A stretch of DNA of 64,000 nt, taken from positions 62,001-126,000 of the forward strand of contig NIVC01000236.1 of assembly GCA_002269645.1 (NCBI GenBank), in the 5' to 3' direction. Below, one piece after another: positions 29,001-40,299 of the stretch. Positions within the stretch are counted from its first letter, which is position 1. Every line of letters starts with the position of its first letter. The notes beneath the pieces were generated by a model. The model worked only from the letters and a program-made list of their open reading frames with translations. It was not told where the DNA came from and ran no database searches. Position numbers and translations under genes: made by a program. Source of the stretch: Macrostomum lignano. Its lineage: Eukaryota.

Positions 29001-30418
29001 GGGCCAGGACGGCCAGCGCCTCGTCCAGCTCTACCGCACCTACGCGGAGGCGGCCGCGCTCCACGGCGCCTCCACGTGGCTCACCTTCGCGTCCGACTCC
29101 TGCCGGGACGAAGTCGAGATTGCGCACCGATCGGCCGCCCGCGTCATCACTGGCTGCTGCCGCTCGACCGCCATTGGCCCCCTCATGGCTGAGGCCGACC
29201 TCGTGCCCCTGGCGACCAGAGCGGAGGCGGCAGGCGCAGCCCTGTTCGAGCGAGCCCTCCGTCACCGACAACCGACTCCGCTCCGCGCTGCAGCGGGCAA
29301 GACCTCTACGCCCCGCTTGCGCGCTCACGGGGAGCCTGGGGCCTTCCGTAGGAACTGGCGCGACTCGGCGCAGCACCTGAGCGCCGCCGCCGGCCTGGCC
29401 ACCCTCCCCCGGGAGCAGGAAAACCTCCCTCCGCCGCCATGGTCCGACACCAGCCGGGTCACCATCCGCTGCGACCTCCTGACCGCGACCTCCGAGAGGA
29501 GGCGCCCCACGTCAGAAAGCTGGCCGCGCTGGAGACGCTGGCGAGCCTCCCGCCCGCCGACCTGGAGCTCTGGACAGACGGTTCAGCCTCCGGGGCACCC
29601 TCAACGGCGGAGCGGGGGCGGTCATCTTCAGCAAGACCGCGCCGCCAGTCCACCTGTCGCAGGCTGCGGGCCGTCACTCTTCCTCCTTCCGTGCCGAGGA
29701 GTCGGCTCTCCGGCTGGGGCTTCAGCACGTCGCCTCCAGGCCGGACCTTGCCTCCCTGAGCGGCCTCCGCTGCCTGACGGACTCGCAGTCCCTGCTCCGA
29801 GCCCTCGAGAAGGGACCGTCCAAGTCCTCCTCGCCAGCGTGCCGGGAGATCTGGACGCTGCTGACCCACGTCGCCGCCCGCTTCCCAATCTGGCTGCAAT
29901 GGGTCCCCAGCCACTGCGACCTCCGGCGGAACGATGCTGCGGACGTCACCGCCAAGACCGCGGCCGGCCTCCCCCAGAACGAGACGCCGATCGACTTCGG
30001 GTCAGCGCGGGCCGCCCTCCGCCGGGTCCTCGCCGAGCGCACCCGCGAAGCCAACGCGGCCGACCCGCACTGCGCCACCCACCGTCTGGCAACCGCCATC
30101 GCCGCCCCGCGGCCACGCCTTAACCGGGCCGACGCGGTGACCCTCGCCCAGCTGCGCACGGGCCACTCACCGCTCCTGCGCTGGTATCGGCACCGGATCG
30201 GCCTGGACACCGCCGCCACCTGCCCCCGCTGCGGGGCCGCCGACGAAGACGTGGCCCACGTCCTCCTGCACTGCCGGGCCCTTGACGACCTTCGGGCCCG
30301 CACCCTAGGGCGAAACCCGTCCCTGGCCGTCCTCTCGACGGACGGCCTCCGCGCGCTCGATTTCCTCCGCACGGTAGGGGCGCAGACACGCCCCCCGGAT
30401 CCAACCGGCCGGGAGTAA
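26039..30418 (+). CDS. LINE polyprotein (about 1460 aa if continuous), split in this sequence by three -1 frame changes (between about 26400-26520, about 29490 and about 29590)
   Basis: One frame carries 2A/PHD (26039-26521), the next APE-RT, the next the ...LELWTDGSA segment, and the original frame resumes for the rest of RNase H and CCHC to TAA 30416-30418. Confidence 0.8.
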
Positions 30419-31239
30419 CAACAACAACAACTACGGCATGTATGACTATTCAGCCACATTGCACAGAAATTAGCTGTTAGCCGTATAAATATGTTTAGTC
30501 ACACTTCTCTGTGCCCGTGGCGTATACAACATTTAATCCATGACCTCTGCAATATTGCACTACCATCAAATGCTGACGCTCTCTCTCCCACTCTGTAATG
30601 CTGTGATCAGTTTTGTCCTCCCTGTCGAGTTTTGCTAACCAAACTTTGAGAGAACTAAGCAGCGCGTTTTTCGACAAGCGTTGGCTGTTTATATTTTTTC
30701 ATTGTCTTTTGTCAATGTACAGTTTTACGAGTGTATACTTGACTGTATATTATGAAGATGTGCCTCTAAAATAAAACAGACTTAATTGCTTTTACCTATG
30801 CTTTTTACGATAATTCACTCTGTCCTGTCCTGAAACATTCCTGTTTTATCGAATTCTCTTTTGATGATGACACAAATATGGTCACATGACGGTCACAAAG
30901 AATAGTGGGAGGTAGAGCCATAGGGCGAGATGTATAAAGTATATGAATTTACATTACAGTAGTCTCAATGGTTTGCCTGCCCCTCTTGGCCTCCCTTTCT
31001 CCTTCTCGCCCTCTGTCGCTGCAGCACCTGTTGGTTAAAAATGAGAGGAAAGCTCGGCGAGAAAAGCCTCTGTGTAAAAGTCTCGTGCTCCCATAGCGTG
31101 ACATCCTGTCACTTTTTAAATAGCCATGACTTTCCTGGTACATGGACACTTACATATGTAAGTTGTTTCCATCCGATTAAGACAAATGATCTATAATTAG
31201 TATAGGTGGATATTAGTAGAAATAAATTCAGTCAGTCTT

Positions 31240-31930
31240 ATTTTGGCATAACTCCAGTGTAGTGGAATAACGGAAACTCCAGCATTGGAGCCTTGCAATA
31301 TGCAGACTCCAATACTTTATAGATTGACGGTCGATTTTAGCGTGCAGTCTGGTGCGACACTGCTCAGCGGCTTGCGTAGTTTTGATTAGTTGCAAGTTGC
31401 AGGACAGCCGGTTTACTTGCAGAATCTTTACTGGCAGCAGGTTGATAAGGTGTAAATTTGACAAGTGCACCTAGGCTGGGGGGATACAAATCTTTGGCAT
31501 TTTGCAGAGTGGCTTTCGCGCCTATGCGCCCAACATTTTCTGATAGATTTCGGCCCCTGAGTCGATTGGCGCCGGTCCCAGAGCGCCAGAAGGTCATCCA
31601 ATAGAGTTATTTGCACTTTTCCGGTGCCAAAATCGAAACTCCAGTACTGGCTGATATAACTCCAGCATTGGAGCTGATAAAAATCCAGCATTGGAGCGTA
31701 AGAAAACTCCAGCATTGGAACATAAGAAAACTCTAGCATTGAAACGAGTACTGGAGCTGATATAACTTCAGCATTGGAGCCTTGCAGACTCCAATACTTA
31801 GATTGATGGTCGATTTTAGCGTGCAGTTTAGTGCGACAATGCGACAATCTTATGCTCCAATGCTGGATTTATATCAGCCAGTATTGGAGTTTCGATTTTG
31901 GAGTTGGAGTTTCGATTGGAGTTTCCACTA
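31240..31930. repeat. Degenerate repeats of aaactccagcattggagc with an internal duplication (about 31270-31370 vs 31765-31840)
   Basis: Direct inspection. Confidence 0.7.
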
Positions 31931-33719
31931 CTGGAGTTACGCCAAAATTTACTTCTTTCCGAGCCATACTTGTACCCCAAAATGATGGATTTGGCGCATA
32001 GAATTTTACTGGATAATAGGTAGAGTAATTTTGCACCAGCTATATACTTTACCACTTGTCAAAATATTGAGCAGTTGCTGAGATATCGATGCTTCAATTT
32101 CGGTGAATTTCCAGTGCTCTTTAAATCAGCGTAAAATACGTTTTTTAGTCCAGTCCACGGGGCCGCTGGACTAGTCTACATGTAGCTCAATCCACTCCAC
32201 GGCTGCGTGTGGATCCACTTGCGATCAGTAAAAGTGGCAAAAGTAGAGATAAATTTAAATGTTCAGCTTGCAAAGGTATTATTAACTACCTAATAGCAGC
32301 TTAGCTTGATGTCAAAAATTTATTTTTCACTCCGACAGTCAAGCAGTCCTTCTGGCCGTCTGCTGCAGCACCACCAACTCCAGATCTGTCCTGGACTGCA
32401 ACGCCCGGCTCCACGGGCTTGCGCTGGGCAACCGGTGGAGCTCTAATGGATCCCGGTCCACGATGTCATGGTTTCCATTCCGGCAAGGCTGGCTCCGCCA
32501 GCGGGCTTCTGGACCGGGCCCAGGGGCCCCCACCCCTGCGCCTCGGTGATCAACTACCGAGTCAAGCACTGGGCTGACTCTGAGCATCTCCGCAGGTGGC
32601 AGGATCAACACTCGAAATTGCAGGAAATCTCGTGCTGCTGTCCCCCTGCGTAGAGCCTTCCTTAGGCTCAACCTCAGGGATCTTAAGAGCATTTACATGT
32701 ACATGGGCCCTCTCCGGGCATGCATGGCTGCTTCTCTCGCCACCGCTTCCTTCAGGGCCAGGTACTTGAGGAGCGGTGCGCGGTGCCCCAAGCTCTTCTG
32801 CCGCTCAACAGGCAGTAAAAACGCAGAACAATTTATCTGCCACTACCCGGTCTTCACCACTCACTCACCCCGGGCCAAACCCTCCAACGCTAATTGCAGG
32901 CCCGAGAGCATATTGATGCTCACCCGGTACCTCAGCTGAGTTTTACCCACCGCCGGTGAGGAGGACCGTGCTGCAAGCGAGACCGACGACGGCCCCCCTG
33001 AGCGACATCACTTCGATGGAAGTCATTCATGGTCGCCACGCCAGAGGCTAGCGGAATGGGCGGTCTCCTCCGCCTCCTGATCGCTGCATCCGCCGGATAA
33101 TGCCCTCTGCATCTAAGTCAAGCTTACTTGAGGTAGCAAATTAGCCAGACTATGTAGATAGTTTGCCATTAGCTAAGGATGTTTAACATTTTGAGCAGAA
33201 TGAAAGACTTTTCAGGTCGCCGCGATCCGAAATTCAAACTCTGCGACTTGCAGTCTGGTCAATTCTTTTGAGCAAGCGAAATTTCTCAAATAAGTGTAAC
33301 ACAAAATAGAAAAATACTTGGACAATTTCGGTCACTTCTGCGCGAAAATGCGTGGCGCAACAGCCAAATTACCGGGTAACATCGATTGAGCAAAATGCAT
33401 TTTTTTTGTTATTCGGACAAAAAAAATATTAAAGCTCTCAATAAACGCAAAGGTAATGTGCTGCTTGGATAGAATAACTTTATGCAGCTACGCAAAACCA
33501 ACTGAAGTAATGCGCGCAACATAAAGCTACCCGCAGAAACTTCAGCTACACAGCAACTACAAACAGCTGGTACAGAACTGCGCATCACCAGGATGTGAGT
33601 CACACAAACACGCATCACTTCAGAAAATCGTTCAGGTCATAACTATGGTTTATTAAATAACCCTCACTTTTCCACTGTTCGTTAAGGTCGTCGCGGAACC
33701 GGATGATAGCACGCGGAGC

Positions 33720-34175
33720 AGCGATCGTCCTCCGCTTAAGCCGGCGGTCACTGCAGCAAGCGGCAGGCAGCAAACAGTCCTGCGATCGTCTCCGCTTGAG
33801 CCGGCGGTCACTGCAGCAAGCGGCAGGCAGCAAACAGTCCTGCGATCGTCCTCCGCTTGAGCCGGCGGTCACTGCAGCAAGCGGCAGGCAGCAAACAGTC
33901 CTGCGATCGTCTCCGCTTGAGCCGGCGGTCACTGCAGCAAGCGGCAGGCAGCAAACAGTCCTGCGATCGTCTCCGCTTGAGCCGGCGGTCACTGCAGCAA
34001 GCGGCAGGCAGCAAACAGTCCTGCGATCGTCTCCGCTTGAGCCGGTGGTCACTGCAGCAAGCGGCAGGCAGCAAACAGTCCTGCGATCGTCTCCGCTTGA
34101 GCCGGCGGTCACTGCAGCAAGCGGCAGGCAGCAAACAGTCCTGCGATCGTCTCCGCTTGAGCCGGCGGTCACTGC
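33720..34175. repeat. 60-bp tandem repeat, about 7-8 copies, right arm (reverse complement of the 25241 array)
   Basis: Direct inspection. Confidence 0.95.
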
Positions 34176-34689
34176 AGTGCAGCCGAAGCGGCAGCTTTTA
34201 TCGGATCCTTGCAAAATAGAATATCTTTTCTGGCATCCCAAATCCCAAATGGCTTTCATAAACGCACAGTTCCCCGTTGGAAAGCCGAATACAAAGTGCG
34301 GCGTCAGCGTTAGCTGACTCGCATGTACGCACCTGAAATGATGAGAGTGAAGCGTCTGAAGTAAAAAATGATGCATTATCTTTTTAAATAATACCGAAAC
34401 GAAACAATCTTCTCAGTTTCGAACATAAATAGAGACAGTACACAGGGGTACAGTGGGAGATAGCCTGGAAGTGGTTGCCATGGAAGGGGTAGCCTGGGAG
34501 GAGTAGCCTGGAAGGGCTGCCTGGGAGGGGTAAAGTAAGAGGGGAGCCTGAGGGGTAAAGTAGGAGGGGAGCCTGAAGGGCTGTCTGGGAGGGATGCCTA
34601 GGAGGGGTACAATGGCAGGGGTAGCCTGGGAGGGGTAGCCTAGAGAGCGTAGCTGGGAGGGGTAGAGTAGGAGGGTTAGCCTGGGAGGG

Positions 34690-35880
34690 GTTAGGAAGGA
34701 GGGAAGCCAGGGGTTAGTAAGGAGAAAGGCCAGGGCCAGGGGGAGAGAAGCCAGGGTCAGGGGAGGGAAGCCAGGGGTCGGGGGAGGGAAGCCAGGGTCA
34801 GGGGAGGGAAGCCAGGGTCAGGGGAGGTAAGCCAGCGGTTAGGAGTAAAGCCAGGGGTTAGGAAGGAGGGACGCCAGGGGTCAAGGGAGAGGGAAGCCAG
34901 GGGTCAGGAGGGAGTAGCCAGGGGTCAGGAGGGAGAAGCCAGGGTTAGGGGAGGGAAGCCAGGTGTCAAGGGGGAGGGAAGCCAGGGGTCGGGAGAGAAG
35001 CCAGGGTCAGGGGAGGGAAGCCAGGGTCAGGGGAGGGAAGCCAGGGGTCAGGGGAGGGAAGCCAGGGTCAGGGGAGGGAAGCCAGGGTCAGGGGAGGGAA
35101 GCCAGGGGTCAAGAGGGAGAAGCCAGGGGTCAGGAGAGAGAAGCCAGGGGTCAGGGGAGGGAAGCCAGGGGTCGGGGGAGGGAAGCCAGGGTCAGGGGAG
35201 GGAAGCCAGGGTCAGGGGAGGGAAGCCAGGGTCAGGGGAGGGAAGCCAGGGTCAGGGGAGGTAAGCCAGCGGTTAGGAGTAAAGCCAGGGGTTAGGAAGG
35301 AGGGACGCCAGGGGTCAGGAGGGAGAAGCCAGGGGTCAGGAGGGAGAAGCCAGGGTTAGGGGAGGGAAGCCAGGGGTCAAGAGGGAGAAGCCAGGGTCAG
35401 GGGAGGGAAGCCAGGGGTCAAGGGGGAGGGAAGCCAGGGGTCAAGAAGGAGAAGCCAGGGTCAGGGGAGGGAAGCCAGGGGTCAGGAGGGAGAAGCCAGG
35501 GTCAGGGGAGGGAAGCCAGGGGTCGGGAGAGAAGCCAGGAATCAGGGGGAGAGAAGCCAGAGATCAAGTGGAGAGAAGCCAGAGATCAGGGGGGTGAGAA
35601 GCCAGAGATCAGGGAGGGAGAAGCCAGGGATCAGGGGGAGAGAAGCCAGAGATCAGGGGGAGAGAAGCCAGAGATCAGGGGGGAGAGAAGCCAGAGACCA
35701 GGGGGAGTAAAGCCAGGGATCAGGGAGGAGAGAAGCCAGAGATCAGGGGGAGAGAAGCCAGGGATTAGGAGTTAAGCCAAGGGTCAGGGGAGGGAAACTG
35801 GGGATCAGGAGTGAGAGAAACCAGGGTCAAAGGGAAGGAATTCAAGGGTCAAGGAAGAAGCCAGGGTCAAGGGACGAAAG
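34690..35880. repeat. 20-21-bp G-rich minisatellite (tcaggggagggaagccaggg), right arm
   Basis: Reverse complement of the 23630 array. Confidence 0.93.
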
Positions 35881-37424
35881 CTAGTGCTAGGGGAAAGGAG
35901 AACTAAGGAGGGACAATAAGTCAAGGATCAGATATTTTTAATAAAAATATTGTAGGCTTAATTTTTTATTAGACTAGACTAATTTTTTATTAGTCTAGGT
36001 CTAATGGTAGGCCTAGATACATGTAGTAGATAGATAGAAAAACAAAAAATTTAAGCCTCTGATCTAGTTAGCTAAATCTATTAAGTCAATAAGCTAGGCC
36101 TAGTGCTTATGTTTAATAGGCTTTTACATACATATGGCTGTAGCTAAATAATAGAATTGAATTGAATTGAAGCCTTTTCAATAACTGAATAAAAGCAGCT
36201 TATAAGTTGCCTCTTATAATATTAGACCCACATTTATGTTTCAAAAGGTATTTATATAAATATTAACATGGCTAAAAATCAAATTTAAGAGACAAAGAGC
36301 TTGTCTAAGTTCTATATAGTAGGTCTCAAATCATGCAATAATACCAGGCCCAGGGTCAGGCTTATATTAACTGTATTAATAATTAACTGACAGGCTTTAA
36401 ACTAAAGAACAAAATACTAAAGCAAGCACAAAATAATACACAAGAAGTTTAATAAAAGCTCCTTTCATTTATCATGTACACGGAGCCTTCACTTGTTCAG
36501 TCTAGTGCATTGGCCAGCACAGCAATGCACAGTAGGCCCAGCACAACAAATTATATGCCTTGGAAGCTTTTGTTGAACGTTGAACACAGGAACCCTCATT
36601 CCTGTAAATTTTGTTTTCAAATTACATGCAAGCGAATTAGCATTAACAACATCAATTTTTCTACTGCAAATCGTTAATAAAAAAATGACACCTGTGAAAG
36701 CTTTCAATTAATTGATACACTCCCATTTGATGGGAGTTGTCGGGCTGACGCGTTAGTCAACGTAAAGTTTGAAAAGAAGTAAAAAGTTAATTATGCACGC
36801 GTTCGGTTTTACTTGAAATTCAAAGTACAACTGAAGATTAAGATGTTGTCAATAAAATACAACAGTAGTGCCAACACATCAGTACTCATTACAACATAAC
36901 ACAAGTTTTTTTTTGTGCTATATTTTTTGTTATAAATTTGCTGCAACCCCAATATGCGCAATTCTTATTGGTTCACACTGGGAGCATGCTTCGGGTATAG
37001 CTAGCTACGGAGCACAGGAGCATGCTCCAGCCCCTAGCGGACTAGTCAAGTTAGAGCATGCTTCGTCCTAGCTAGCTAGGCACCCTTAACTGGCTTACTC
37101 ACTGCCTGTCCTTGCGTATCTCCCGCCTGTTCAACACAAAGGCCGCCCCCTTTTCCTGTGCCGCAATTGGTTCGCCAAGGCGTAAAGATTGCCAATCAGG
37201 GCCCGTGAGAAAATTCTTTGGGCCAATTTTGGCAGTTTTCTTCAAAGAGTTCCAGGCCTAGACATCTGGAGTGGACCGTGCGCTTTCTCCACTGAGGTCT
37301 GGGGGCTGAAATCCGACATCTGGCCTGGCATGCAGTTGTAGGAAAATCGAAAATTAAAACAGTCTGTGAATGCAGCCGGAGATTCTGTAAGGGATGCTGA
37401 ATCCTTGGGGCAATGTCGGGGGCC

Positions 37425-37695
37425 AAGAGATGGCGGAGCCGATGGCCAAGAGAGGGCGGAGCCGATGGCCAAGAGAGGGCGGAGCCGATGGCCAAGAGAG
37501 GGCGGAGCCGATGGCCAAGAGAGGGCGGAGCCGATGGCCAAGAGAGGGCGGAGCCGATGGCCAAGAGAGGGCGGAGCCGATGGCCAAGAGAGGGCGGAGC
37601 CGATGGCCAAGAGAGGGCGGAGCCGATGGCCAAGAGAGGGCGGAGCCGATGGCCAAGAGAGGGCGGATCCGAGGGCCAAGAGAGGGCGGATCCGC
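37425..37695. repeat. 23-bp minisatellite (gagagggcggagccgatggccaa)
   Basis: About 11 copies. Confidence 0.95.
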
Positions 37696-38139
37696 CCCCA
37701 ACCGCTTCCAGTCCAAGTGTTCAGTCCCAAGGCCCCCAGCCCCAACCTACAAGACCTGCCCAGCCCAGTTCGGCAATGTCAGTCCAGAATCCGTGCACAT
37801 TGTCTGCGTCGGCACGTTGCACAAGCAGTCACTTTTATTACCAATAAAGGAATGTGGCCCCAATAAAGGAGGTTATATCATATAATAAGCAATATCTGTT
37901 TTCCCATAAACAAGCTAATTCAGATTATTTCTTAAATTTCCCACGATATGAGAGATTTTTGTGTCCAATTTTTTATGACAGACCTAGCTCGGCGTCGGTG
38001 ACAATTCGAAATTGGGTCACCCGCTGCGTGTTGAGAGACTGCGTGCGGGGTCAGCGGAGCGGCATCTGAGCTCGGAAAGCCAGCCTTTGTTTCTTTCTAT
38101 TTGCCATGGAGTGTAAATTCTCGAAATATAGTATAGTGT

Positions 38140-40130
38140 CAGTAGAAAACATTGTCAGTAGAGAGCATTGTCAGTAGAGAACATTGTCAGTAGAGAGCAT
38201 TGTCAGTAGAGAGCATTGTCAGTAGAGAACATTGTCAGTAGAGAGCATTGTCAGTAGAGAACATTGTCAGTAGAGAGCATTGTCAGTAGAGAGCATTGTC
38301 ACTAGAGAGCATTGTCAGTAGAGAACATTGTCAGTAGAGAGCATTGTCAGTAGAGAACCTTGTCAGTAGAGAGCATTGTCAGTAGAGAGCATTGTCAGTA
38401 GAGAACATTGTCAGTAGAGAGCATTGTCAGTAGAGAACATTGTCAGTAGAGAGCATTGTCAGTAGAGAACATTGTCAGTAGAGAACATTGTCAGTAGAGA
38501 GCATGGTCAGTAGAGAACATTGTCAGTAGAGAACATTGTCAGTAGAGAACATTGTCAGTAGAGAGCATGGTCAGTAAATAATATTGACAGTAGAGAAGAT
38601 TGTCAGTAGAGAAGACTGTCAGTAGAGAAGATTGTCAGTAGAGAAGATTGTCAGTAGAGAAGACTGTCAGTAGAGAAGATTGTCAGTAGAGAAGATTGTC
38701 AGTAGAGAAGATTGTCAGTAGAGAAGATTGTCAGTAGAGAAGATTGTCAGTAGAGAACATTGTCAGTAGAGAACATTGTCAGTAGAGAACATTGTCAGTA
38801 GAGAACATTGTCAGTAGAGAACATTGTCAGTAGAGAACATTGTCAGTAGAGAACATTGTCAGTAGAGAACATTGTCAGTAGAGAACATTGTCAGTAGAGA
38901 ACATTGTCAGTAGTGAGCATGGTCAGTAAATAATATTGACAGTAGAGAAGATTGTCAGTAGAGAAGATTGTCAGTAGAGAAGATTGTCAGTAGAGAAGAT
39001 TGTCAGTAGAGAAGACTGTCAGTAGAGAAGATTGTCAGTAGAGAAGACTGTCAGTAGAGAAGATTGTCAGTAGAGAAGATTGTCAGTAGAGAAGATTGTC
39101 AGTAGAGAAGATTGTCAGTAGAGAAGATTGTCAGTAGAGAACATTGTCAGTAGAGAACATTGTCAGTAGAGAACATTGTCAGTAGAGAGCATTGTCAGTA
39201 GAGAACATTGTCAGTAGAGAACATTGTCAGTAGAGAACATTGTCAGTAGAGAACATTGTCAGTAGAGAACATTGTCAGTAGAGAACATTGTCAGTAGTGA
39301 GCATGGTCAGTAAATAATATTGACAGTAGAGAAGATTGTCAGTAGAGAAGATTGTCAGTAGAGAAGATTGTCAGTAGAGAAGATTGTCAGTAGAGAAGAC
39401 TGTCAGTAGAGAAGATTGTCAGTAGAGAAGATTGTCAGTAGAGAAGATTGTCAGTAGAGAAGATTGTCAGTAGAGAAGATTGTCAGTAGAGAACATTGTC
39501 AGTAGAGAACATTGTCAGTAGAGAACATTGTCAGTAGAGAACATTGTCAGTAGAGAACATTGTCAGTAGAGAACATTGTCAGCAGAGAGCATTATCAGTA
39601 GAGAACATTGTCAGTAGAGAGCATTGTCAGTAGAGAGCATTGTCAGTAGAGAACATTGTCAGTAGAGAGCATTGTCAGTAGAGAACATTGTCAGTAGAGA
39701 GCATTGTCAGTAGAGAACATTGTCAGTAGAGAGCATTGTCAGTAGAGAGCATTGTCAGTAGAGAACATTGTCAGTAGAGAGCATTGTCAGTAGAGAACAT
39801 TGTCAGTAGAGAACATTGTCAGTAGAGAACATTGTCAGTAGAGAGCATGGTCAGTAAATAATATTGACAGTAGAGAAGATTGTCAGTAGAGAAGACTGTC
39901 AGTAGAGAAGATTGTCAGTAGAGAAGATTGTCAGTAGAGAAGATTGTCAGTAGAGAAGATTGTCAGTAGAGAAGATTGTCAGTAGAGAACATTGTCAGTA
40001 GAGAACATTGTCAGTAGAGAACATTGTCAGTAGAGAACATTGTCAGTAGAGAACATTGTCAGTAGAGAACATTGTCAGTAGAGAACATTGTCAGTAGAGA
40101 AGATTGTCAGCAGAGAAGATTGTCAGCAGA
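38140..40130. repeat. 16-bp satellite (attgtcagtagagaac and gagc/gaag variants), about 2 kb
   Basis: Direct inspection. Confidence 0.98.
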
Positions 40131-40299
40131 GAATTTCAATTGCTGAAACACATCTGTCAAAAATCTGCCTCTTGTTACTAACAGTAGTTAACTTAGGCAT
40201 TTAGCTTGCAGTTAAATGCAGGTTACTTTGCGCACAGCCGCAAAATCACAGGCGACAGGCGCGCGCCCAGCGTTGAGGCAAGCAGCCATGCGATGCCCC

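Larger units (their letters stand above)
25996..30429 (+). mobile_element. Full-length non-LTR retrotransposon, I-group/Ingi-like (2A + PHD + APE + RT + RNase H + CCHC)
   Basis: 13-bp TSD ACTACGGCATGTA at 25983-25995 and 30430-30442; (CAA)n tail. APE motifs QLNAAG, IQET, LGDFNAHH, SDHLPI. RT motifs APGPDG, FRPISLLS, QAGFR, GLPQGS, YADD. RNase H motifs WTDGS, RAE, TDSQS, LQWVPSH. C-terminal CPRC..EDVAHVLLHC. Confidence 0.95.
25881..30473 (+). pseudogene. Putative terminal exon interrupted by the LINE (reconstructed empty site: ...GVEMRLSNVHYAAADAQDAECNQDPREVKEDDSDDYGMYDYSATLHRN*)
   Basis: Strong acceptor ctttttctctcgttcattggcag ending at 25880. Removing the LINE and one TSD copy gives an open frame to TAG at 30471-30473. 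Upstream exons not identified. Confidence 0.35.
22556..37078. mobile_element. Foldback-like giant inverted-repeat structure; arms about 22556-25458 and 33703-37078, enclosing about 8.2 kb
   Basis: Termini TAGCTAGCTAG (22556) and CTAGCTAGCTA (37078) open a ~110-bp inverted match. 22866-25458 is the reverse complement of about 33703-36731; the same peptide MHHFLLQTLH... appears at 25040 (+) and 34376 (-). The arms share internal 20-21-bp and 60-bp tandem arrays. No transposase recognised. Confidence 0.8.
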
